A stretch of 32,000 bases of DNA from Desulfotalea psychrophila LSv54. GTDB taxonomy: Bacteria > Desulfobacterota > Desulfobulbia > Desulfobulbales > Desulfocapsaceae. Shown one piece after another: positions 1 to 7,350 of this stretch. Positions within the stretch are counted from its first letter, which is position 1; each line of letters starts with the position of its first letter. The notes beneath the pieces are model-generated. The model ran no database searches, had not been told where the DNA came from, and worked only from the letters and a program-made list of their open reading frames with translations. The position numbers and the translations under genes were made by a program. The stretch spans positions 2,730,001-2,762,000 of the forward strand of contig NC_006138.1 in the NCBI RefSeq assembly GCF_000025945.1. Reading direction: 5' to 3'.

Positions 1-147
1 AGGCGCCTGAAGATCTTCACCCAGCCCCAGGACAAACCACCGGAGCAACCGTCGCTGACAAAGGGGAGATCCGGCAAATCAATCTTATCCAAAATAACCT
101 CTTATAAAATCCATCTATTTTTCACATCAACTACAAATCATTAGCAC

Positions 148-3081
148 CTATGATTTATTCGCAAGAACCTCTCTAACGCTTGCAGACAAGATCTTTTTAC
201 CATATGGTTTCGTCATATATTTACTGATGCCCTGGACCTTAACATCTTCTGCAGAAACCTTAAAACTATAGCCGCTACAGAGAATAATTCGCATATCAGC
301 CCTGACCTTTAATACCTCTTCGATAAGTTCTGTGCCAGACATATTGGGCATTGTCTGATCGGTAATAAGCAGATCAAAGCCATTGGCATCGGCCTTGAAA
401 AGCTCAAGAGCCCTCTGACTACTGCTCTCGGAAACCACCCTATAGCCCATACCCTCCAACATATGCTGCCCCATCGTTAAGATAGATTTTTCATCATCAA
501 CAAAGAGAATTCGTTCTGTGCCAGTGATGACCTCGGAGGAGCCCTCTATTTGCGGAGTCTCCTCCTCAGCCGTTACCGGCAAATATACGTTAAAGGAACT
601 TCCCCGCCCCAAATCACTCTCTACGCTTATAAAGCCACTATGAATCTTAACAATCTCATGCACAAGGGCAAGGCCCATACCCGTACCCTTGCCAGCATCC
701 TTTGTGGTATAAAATAGATCAAAGATCCGCTTAATTCTCTCCCGCCCCATACCCACCCCGCTATCTGTCACTGAGAGTTGCACATACTCCCCCTCTGCCC
801 GGGCGCATGGCGTCGTTAGCGCAAGTTGATCGAAATCTGCATTATTAAGATGAACCCCTTGCATACGAACAACAACCTCTCCCCTATCCTCTATGGCATG
901 CACGGCATTAATAACAAGGTTCATAACAAGTTGATGCAACTGCACAGGGTCCAGAAGAACAACACCACAGTCCGGAGAAATATCCTGGACAATAGAAATG
1001 CTGCTTGGTGTTGTGGAGCGAAGAAATTTCAGGGCCTCCCTGACCAGTAACTGCGGATGCACTGGCACCAATCTCATCTTTTCCTTACGACTGAAGCTCA
1101 GAATCTGCTTGATAAGACTCTTTGCCCGCTCAGAGGCCTTCAGCACCTCATCGATATTGGCAATGGCAGGATTACCCGCTGGGATATCCTCTCTAGCCAT
1201 TTCCGCATTGCCAAGAATAACTGCCAAAATATTATTAAAGTCATGGGCAATACCACCAGCCATGGCCCCAACCGTTTCCATCCTCTGGGCCTGACGTAAT
1301 TGCTCCTCAAGTTTGGCCTTTTCCGCCTCGATCTTTCTCTCGTGGCTGACATCATGAAGAATACAGTGTATCTTTTTACAAGAGTCATTATCAGCAGAAG
1401 AAATTCTGCCATCAATGGCCATAAGAACAGAGGCCCCATCCTTTTTAAGCACCTCAAGCTCTGCAGCCAATACCCCCCCCGTAGCCTTGACATATGAAAA
1501 TTTTTCTTCAAAGCATAATTGACCGGCAGGAGATAAAAAACCGATAAAAAATTTACCCAGAACCTCCCCTTTTTTATAGCCAAGATAATCCAACCAGGTC
1601 TGATTCACCTCAAGAAGAGCCCCTCTATCATCAAGTAACTGATAACCAATGGGTGCCTGCTCAAAAATATCTTTAAACCTCTCTATACTGTTCAAGAAAA
1701 ACATTTCAGCCTGCTTCTGTTCGGTTATATCGGTGCCAGAACAGAGTCTGCCCCTGACTGCGCCACTACTATCCCGCAACAAAATGCTATAAAAATCAAT
1801 ACTACGCATCTCCCCAGAACGGGTAACAATAGTTGTTTCATGGTTTTCAACAGCAATATCTTTGCGAAGAAGTAGCTGAAAAAATTCTTTCTTTTCATTT
1901 GAAGAAAAATGCTCAAACCAGTTAAGGCCTATGGCTTCATCCAAGCTAAGCCCTAAAATTTCACGGCCCTTTGCGTTGATCATGGTAATCACCCCCGAGC
2001 AATCAAAGGCAATCAGCATAACAGCTGCAATATCGAGATATGCCTGAGTCTGCTCCCTAAGCTCTAGCAACTGCTCGTTTCGCTCTTTTAACAGGGCCTC
2101 CAGACTGTCCTGACTATGGGCAAATTTTTGTGACATCCCTGAAAAAGCGCTAGCCAGCTCAGAGAGTTCATCCCCACCAGAAAGGGTAAGCTTCCCCCCC
2201 GGAGGTCTTTCGCCATTTGTAATGGCAGTAGATTCAGCAGTTATTCTCTTAATAGGGGTAACCATGCTTCTCTTGGCTATAAACAGTTGAAAAAAGAAGA
2301 TAACAGCAAAAAAGGCGGCACAGAGAGCAAAGAGACCAAGAATAATCCTGTCTATGCCCCTATAGGTTTCCTCCAGAGGAATACGAATTGAAAGAATAGA
2401 GGAGACATCACCCACTTTTTTATTAAAGCCCCTGTCACGACCATAACGAGCTACAAGGTCTGCCGGAGCATTTTCAGGTGAGCCATGACAGGACATGCAG
2501 GCCTTTGCAAACCTTATATGCTGAGCCTGCATATAACGATAATAAGGTTTGCCCTCAAACTCAATAACCTCAGAGCATGGTCCACCTTCAGAGTTCAGAC
2601 AAGCCTTCTCTAAAAATTTCTTCTCGTACAGGTCAGCTTCGTTCCTTGCATCTCTGGCATTGACTGCAGCATTTTTAAAATAATACTGATCAGAGCTAAA
2701 CCTCTTAAAATAGTCCGCTATCCTTTTATTTACATATCCTGCCGTCATCCAACCCGGGGCAGAGCCTATGGATAGAGAATCAGCCTCATCGTTTAAGTGA
2801 GAGATACTGGGTTGGATACCATGGGTGACATAGTTGATAATATCTTGTTTATGCTGGACAATAATTCTGGCCTTTTCTTCTGCCACCTCAATACTGTACT
2901 GGCGTAGCTCATAATCAACAACTACCAGGAGAATGACAATTACCAGAACAGCACAGATTGTACTCTGCAGTGCCCATCGTCTTCCAAGTTTCATTTCTGC
3001 TCCAAATTTTTTATCGTGTTCCAAGGATTCACAGGGCATCCCTGTTTTCCAAAACCCGTAAAATAAATGTGCAAGCGACAA
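148..3081 (-). CDS. Hybrid sensor histidine kinase: TM-flanked periplasmic DUF3365/Tll0287-like domain with a CxxCH motif, HAMP-like region, two PAS domains, HisKA, HATPase_c, C-terminal receiver
   Basis: 977-aa ORF. N-terminal TM (ICAVLVIVILLVVV), CMSCHG motif, second TM (LGLFALCAAFFAVIFFF), phosphoacceptor GGIAHDFNNILAVI, ATP-binding DSGVGMG...GKGTGMGLALV, receiver ILFVDDEKS...LLITDQTMP...TKPYG. The 3081 start is a TTG; the ATG at about 2994 (MKLGRRW) is also plausible. Confidence 0.93.
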   Translation of the reverse strand: MSLAHLFYGFWKTGMPCESLEHDKKFGAEMKLGRRWALQSTICAVLVIVILLVVVDYELRQYSIEVAEEKARIIVQHKQDIINYVTHGIQPSISHLNDEADSLSIGSAPGWMTAGYVNKRIADYFKRFSSDQYYFKNAAVNARDARNEADLYEKKFLEKACLNSEGGPCSEVIEFEGKPYYRYMQAQHIRFAKACMSCHGSPENAPADLVARYGRDRGFNKKVGDVSSILSIRIPLEETYRGIDRIILGLFALCAAFFAVIFFFQLFIAKRSMVTPIKRITAESTAITNGERPPGGKLTLSGGDELSELASAFSGMSQKFAHSQDSLEALLKERNEQLLELREQTQAYLDIAAVMLIAFDCSGVITMINAKGREILGLSLDEAIGLNWFEHFSSNEKKEFFQLLLRKDIAVENHETTIVTRSGEMRSIDFYSILLRDSSGAVRGRLCSGTDITEQKQAEMFFLNSIERFKDIFEQAPIGYQLLDDRGALLEVNQTWLDYLGYKKGEVLGKFFIGFLSPAGQLCFEEKFSYVKATGGVLAAELEVLKKDGASVLMAIDGRISSADNDSCKKIHCILHDVSHERKIEAEKAKLEEQLRQAQRMETVGAMAGGIAHDFNNILAVILGNAEMAREDIPAGNPAIANIDEVLKASERAKSLIKQILSFSRKEKMRLVPVHPQLLVREALKFLRSTTPSSISIVQDISPDCGVVLLDPVQLHQLVMNLVINAVHAIEDRGEVVVRMQGVHLNNADFDQLALTTPCARAEGEYVQLSVTDSGVGMGRERIKRIFDLFYTTKDAGKGTGMGLALVHEIVKIHSGFISVESDLGRGSSFNVYLPVTAEEETPQIEGSSEVITGTERILFVDDEKSILTMGQHMLEGMGYRVVSESSSQRALELFKADANGFDLLITDQTMPNMSGTELIEEVLKVRADMRIILCSGYSFKVSAEDVKVQGISKYMTKPYGKKILSASVREVLANKS

Positions 3082-3467
3082 CTACCTAGAGGAAAAGCAC
3101 CTTGCCGGGACAAAACACCTCTGCCTACCACCACTTACGGAGGAACTGCTAGAATGAAATATTAAAAAAAATTACAGATCAAAGAGGGACTAAGACGCCA
3201 AGGACCATAGACCAAAAGAGAGGCACTACCGTCTCCCTCTCAAGGCCACAAGCCCTACACACAAATATAGCACAGAAACAGGTAAATAGACCAATGGCAA
3301 AAAAGCTCCAACGAAAGCCACTCATAATACCCTGACAGGTATTCAGGCCTTCCACCTGCACCCCATTTTTTAAAATCAGAAAATTTTGCTTATTGCCCTC
3401 TTTAAAAAAAAAGAGTTTGATAGCAGATAAAAGAACCTAAGAACCTCCATACTTAGGACAAAATACA

Positions 3468-4862
3468 TTGAGCCAAGACATTGCAAAAAAAATAATCGGT
3501 AGTGAAGAGTGGTGTTCCTTCCCTGAACTGGGCATCCCTGCCATAAAGGCCCGGGTGGACTCCGGGGCCAAGACCTCCTCAATACATGCCGTCAATATCC
3601 AGACATTTCAGAGAGACGGTGAAGAGTGGGTGAGCTTTGAGGTTCACCCACTGCGGATAGACAGACGAACTGTTGTCCGCTGTCAAAGACCAGTAATAGA
3701 TAAACGCATTATTAAAAATTCCAGTGGCAACTCCGAGACGCGCTTTGTTATCAGGACTCCATTGAAACTGAACAAAAAAGTCTGGGACATTGAGCTCACC
3801 CTCTCCAACAGAGACGCCATGGGCTTCAGGATGCTCCTTGGTCGCGAGGCCATGATGGACAGACTTATTATTGACCCCGCCCTGCAATGCGCTCTGGGGG
3901 AAGTCTCTAAGGAGAGCCTCGGCAAGGCCTATACAAAAGAAGAAACTAGAAAAGGTGGTCTGAAGATAGGCATACTTGCCTGCAATGAAAGTCTCTATGG
4001 TAACCAGAGACTCCTGGAGGCGGGAAGGGAACGGGGACATGAGATGCTCTTTCTCGACATAAAGCAGTGCTATCTGAAGCTTGATACCCTGGAGCCTGAG
4101 GTTCACTATAAAGGAAGACTACTCAATGACCTTGATGCCGTACTCACCAAGATCGGGTCAAATATCACCCCATATGCTACTGCTCTCAGCCGGCAGTTTG
4201 AAAGTATGGGTATCTACACCTGCAACTCATCCTCTGCCATTAGCCAATCAGGTGATAAGCTCTTTTCCCTACAGCTACTCCTTAAAAGCGGCATCAATAT
4301 CCCCATCACCGGTTTTGCCAACTCTCCCATTGATGCAAGCGACCTCATTGAAATGGTTGGCGGAGCCCCCCTGATTATCAAGTTGCTGGAGGGTGGTCAA
4401 GGACAAGGCCCTATTCTGGCAAAAACTAAAAATGCTGCCGAGAGCCTTATTAACACCTTTAAATTTCTTAGGGCAAATCTCCTAGTCCAACAGTTCATCA
4501 AAGAGGCCAATGGTAAGATTTTAAGGTGTCTCGTGATCAACGGCAAGGTAGTTGCCTCTATTGAACGCACAGCAGCCTCTGGAGAGCTCAGCTCCAATAC
4601 ACACCAGGACGGAAAGTCCTCCATTGTAAAAATTACCCCAGAGGAAAGAAGCCTTGCCCTTAAGGCAGCGAAGGTACTTGGCCTGCAGATTGCAAGTGTT
4701 GATATCATCAACTCTAAAGCCGGACCACTCCTCCTTGAGGTAAACTCATCCCCTGAACTTGAAGGCATAGAAATAGCTACGGGCAAGGACATTGCCGGCA
4801 TGGTTATCTCCTCCATTGAAAAAAAGCTACAGTGGAAGAGACCATTGCCTCAGCAGAGTTAA
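3468..4862 (+). CDS. Fusion of N-terminal ATP-dependent zinc protease/retropepsin-like (RimB, DUF785) domain with a RimK-type ATP-grasp ligase
   Basis: 464-aa ORF with TTG start. N-terminal IPAIKARVDSGAKTSSIHA...LLGREAM is retropepsin-like; C-terminal KIGILACN...ITGFANSP...IIKLLEGGQGQGPILAKT...VDIINSKAGPLLLEVNSSPELEGIE is RimK-like ATP-grasp. Confidence 0.87.
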   Translation: MSQDIAKKIIGSEEWCSFPELGIPAIKARVDSGAKTSSIHAVNIQTFQRDGEEWVSFEVHPLRIDRRTVVRCQRPVIDKRIIKNSSGNSETRFVIRTPLKLNKKVWDIELTLSNRDAMGFRMLLGREAMMDRLIIDPALQCALGEVSKESLGKAYTKEETRKGGLKIGILACNESLYGNQRLLEAGRERGHEMLFLDIKQCYLKLDTLEPEVHYKGRLLNDLDAVLTKIGSNITPYATALSRQFESMGIYTCNSSSAISQSGDKLFSLQLLLKSGINIPITGFANSPIDASDLIEMVGGAPLIIKLLEGGQGQGPILAKTKNAAESLINTFKFLRANLLVQQFIKEANGKILRCLVINGKVVASIERTAASGELSSNTHQDGKSSIVKITPEERSLALKAAKVLGLQIASVDIINSKAGPLLLEVNSSPELEGIEIATGKDIAGMVISSIEKKLQWKRPLPQQS

Positions 4863-4929
4863 AATCCTACCAGAAGCAACGACCAGTTCAGAAGATTTTC
4901 TGCCGGACCGGGCAAGAGGTAAAACTAGC

Positions 4930-5595
4930 TCATTCTGGAAAGAATAAATCAAGCTGCACGCCTCGCCTCTCCAGACAGAGATCAAGCACTGCATAGGTTT
5001 TTCGATAAATTGCAGGGTCTTTGCTTGCCCTTGTCCCCGCCACATTAACCACCTTCACCCGATTTTTACGGAGAAAAAGAGAGAGAATGAGGGCGGCCTC
5101 TGACAGCCCCCGCTTGTCGAGATCAATGTGAAGCACAGGCTTGTTGTGCTGACGAGCCTTGCTCCGAGTAAAAAGCGAACCACCCGCCAGTTTCCCATGG
5201 GTAAATATTACCGTAACATCAGCATCAAGGATATTTTTTTCGCTGCGGGCAGGGTAAGAGTCTGTTTCCATCTCCACTAGCTGATATTTATCAGGCAAAA
5301 TGCCCGCCTCGGTTCTTCGCCCCCAAGGAATGGCTCCTCCATGAGGAATACCACGAGCCAAGGCCAGATCAAGTCCCGCCCTGTCTGCTCCCGTCTGGCC
5401 ACCACTTATAATTTTATCTATCACTCTTTTTCCATTATTTTTTCTTCTGTTTTCATAGACTAAACTCTTGAGCACCCCTCTCTTATCAATATTTCTAAAT
5501 CTTACTATAAAATTTCTTGAATGTTTTAAGTAAGATAATCCTACCCCTTTTTTTTTCAGATCTCTATGTAGATTTTGTTCAGTTAAACCGAACAT
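4930..5595 (-). CDS. Putative molybdenum-carrier / YpsA-like SLOG (Rossmann-fold) protein
   Basis: ORF containing VIDKIISGGQTGADRAGLDLALARGIPHGGAIPWGRRTEAG...VIFTHGKLAGGSLFT. The true start is probably the internal GTG near 5424 (VIDKIISGG); the first ~57 aa look non-conserved. Confidence 0.75.
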   Translation of the reverse strand: MFGLTEQNLHRDLKKKGVGLSYLKHSRNFIVRFRNIDKRGVLKSLVYENRRKNNGKRVIDKIISGGQTGADRAGLDLALARGIPHGGAIPWGRRTEAGILPDKYQLVEMETDSYPARSEKNILDADVTVIFTHGKLAGGSLFTRSKARQHNKPVLHIDLDKRGLSEAALILSLFLRKNRVKVVNVAGTRASKDPAIYRKTYAVLDLCLERRGVQLDLFFPE

Positions 5596-5633
5596 ATCGT
5601 CTGGTTTTTTGTGATTTATTTTCCAAAAAAGGC

Positions 5634-5645
5634 ACTGTATACAGT
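5634..5645. promoter_or_regulatory. 12-bp perfect palindrome ACTGTATACAGT, possible operator
   Basis: Exact self-complementary sequence about 75 bp upstream of the 5719 mini-ORF and upstream of the 4930..5595 ORF. Confidence 0.35.
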
Positions 5646-5718
5646 AATTATCATAAAGAAATGACCATAAAACATAACACTGAGTTTTTAAAAAAAATAC
5701 CTAAAAAGAGACACTCTT

Positions 5719-5832
5719 ATGAAAGCGATACTTTCCCAAAAATTTCGTGCCCTTTCCCAAATCACTCTCACCGTTTTGATATGCAATGTCGTACTGCTTG
5801 GACCGGTAGAACTTGCTCTCATCATTGGATAG
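5719..5832 (+). CDS. Small hydrophobic peptide (37 aa), leader-peptide-like or small membrane protein
   Basis: ATG...TAG encodes MKAILSQKFRALSQITLTVLICNVVLLGPVELALIIG, with AAGAGA about 10 nt upstream of ATG. It is followed 14 nt later by a near-perfect intrinsic terminator. Confidence 0.45.
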   Translation: MKAILSQKFRALSQITLTVLICNVVLLGPVELALIIG

Positions 5833-5846
5833 AGCAAAAAAACGTT

Positions 5847-5885
5847 AAAAGCCCTCTTCGGTCATACCGGAGAGGGCTTTTTTTA
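5847..5885 (+). terminator. Strong rho-independent terminator
   Basis: AAAAGCCCTCTTCGGT-CAT-ACCGGAGAGGGCTTTTTTT: 16-bp stem with one G-U wobble, then a T-run. Confidence 0.9.
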
Positions 5886-6030
5886 TATCCAGGGACGGAT
5901 TGTATGTCGCGGTGGCAGGGATGCCAGGGAGCGACGATGCCCAGGGAGCGGCTGTTACCATGCATGATCAGCCACAATGGCAGAGATAGGACTTTACTCC
6001 GATATCCGTTTTCTGGCAAATCCCGCCTAC

Positions 6031-6480
6031 CTACTCCACAGCGACCTTCACCACCACCTTATGCACCAACCCCGAAGAGATAAGGGGAAGATGGGCATCT
6101 TCAGGAAAGAAAATGGCAAACATCCCAGGTTGGGTATTCAGCCAAACCTCGGGCATTCCGGCAAAAAACTGAATATCATCGACGTCATCATACTCCGTCA
6201 GGGCCTGCCGGCACACTTGCTTTGCCTGCCAACCCATTTCATCTCTGCCGGCTAGCACCAGTTGAATATCTATGTATTTTTCATGGGTTTCAAGGGGGGC
6301 CTCATCCTTTTTTCGACCGGCATCCCGAGAAACCATGGCATAAACGCGCTCGCCATCAAGTTCATATCGTCCCTCAGCCATCTCCGCCAGATCCGGCCGT
6401 TTCAAAAACTCAAAGGCCCTTGCAAATCCCGTATTCAGGGGCAGATAACGATCTGCATTATCTAATATATCAAAAATCAT
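6031..6480 (-). CDS. YhcH/YjgK/YiaL (DUF386) family cupin-like protein
   Basis: 149-aa ORF MIFDILDNADRYLPLN...LETHEKYIDIQLVLAGRDEMGW...FFAGMPEVWLNTQPGMFAIFFPEDAHLPLI...HKVVVKV; matches the family motif pattern. Confidence 0.88.
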   Translation of the reverse strand: MIFDILDNADRYLPLNTGFARAFEFLKRPDLAEMAEGRYELDGERVYAMVSRDAGRKKDEAPLETHEKYIDIQLVLAGRDEMGWQAKQVCRQALTEYDDVDDIQFFAGMPEVWLNTQPGMFAIFFPEDAHLPLISSGLVHKVVVKVAVE

Positions 6481-6711
6481 AGCTCTTCCTCTTTAGGGAA
6501 CCTTGAAAAATTATCTTTTCTTCAACTCTCTGCCTTGCATGAAAAATTTTATCCTCGCAGATAAGCGCAAACTCCGATATCACGATGTCTGTGGTAAAAT
6601 TTGTCATGCTCATCGCAGTCGGGGCTGCTCCTTGTCGAGATTGGACATTTAAGCCACCCTTATTACCAAGAATATCATGATAAACGCCTGTGAATTACCA
6701 CGGAAGGCGTT

Positions 6712-7278
6712 TTAAGCTGTACCACAGTCGCTTGTCCCACCATTTATCTTATCAAGGGCATGGGGAAGAGCGGGCAAAACAACCTCTATATTTTCCCGTG
6801 CGGCCTTAAGACTACCCGGCAGATTAATGATAAGGCTTGTCCCGCGAATACCGGAACAGCCACGGGAGAGCATGGCATGGGGAGTTTTCAGCAGACTTGC
6901 TGCCCTCATCGCCTCGGAGATACCCGGTGTCTCCCGCTCAATAACCTCCCGGGTTGCCTCCGGGGTCACATCCGTCGGTGCCGGCCCTGTGCCTCCGGTG
7001 GTAACAATAAGGTCAACACCCGACTCAACCAGTTCCAATAATTTTGCCACTATGCCATCATGTTTATCGGCCATAATTTCATAATCAGCCAACTGATATC
7101 CCTCTTTTTTAAGACAGTCTATCAGATAAGGACCACTGGTATCCTCCCGTAATCCCAGCGAACCTTTATCACTAAGAGTCACCACCGCAAAACTAAATCG
7201 AGCCGTTCTCATTGTTTTTTCCATAACCTTCTTCTTAACACATGTTAACAAAATAGCCCCTACCCGGGAAAATAACAC
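6712..7278 (-). CDS. mogA: Molybdopterin adenylyltransferase / MoaB-MogA family protein
   Basis: FAVVTLSDKGSLGLREDTSGPYL...LIVTTGGTGPAPTDVTPEATREVIERETPGISEAMR...SRGCSGIRGTSLIINLPGS. The likely start is MEKTMRTARF at about 7224. Confidence 0.85.
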   Translation of the reverse strand: MLFSRVGAILLTCVKKKVMEKTMRTARFSFAVVTLSDKGSLGLREDTSGPYLIDCLKKEGYQLADYEIMADKHDGIVAKLLELVESGVDLIVTTGGTGPAPTDVTPEATREVIERETPGISEAMRAASLLKTPHAMLSRGCSGIRGTSLIINLPGSLKAARENIEVVLPALPHALDKINGGTSDCGTA

Positions 7279-7350
7279 AGAGGATAGGGGCTTAAAAACT
7301 ACCTAAAATTTCCTATTACATTTAATAGAATTCATGGTGCAGCAAACAAC

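Noticed and set aside
1-107. Possible 3' end of an upstream plus-strand gene (…APEDLHPAPGQTTGATVADKGEIRQINLIQNNLL*, TAA at 105-107).
   Set aside because: Only about 34 codons are visible and two frames are open across the start of the window, so it cannot be assigned without the preceding sequence.
826-1299. Plus-strand ORFs of 74, 98 and 80 aa inside the sensor kinase gene.
   Set aside because: They are antisense to conserved histidine kinase domains and have no recognisable domains.
5517-6083. 188-aa plus-strand ORF across 5.5-6.1 kb.
   Set aside because: It overlaps the terminator, the tandem repeat and the ends of two genes. Composition is low-quality (CRTAWTGRTCSHHWIEQKN) with no family resemblance. 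The 37-codon ORF in another frame fits the terminator better.
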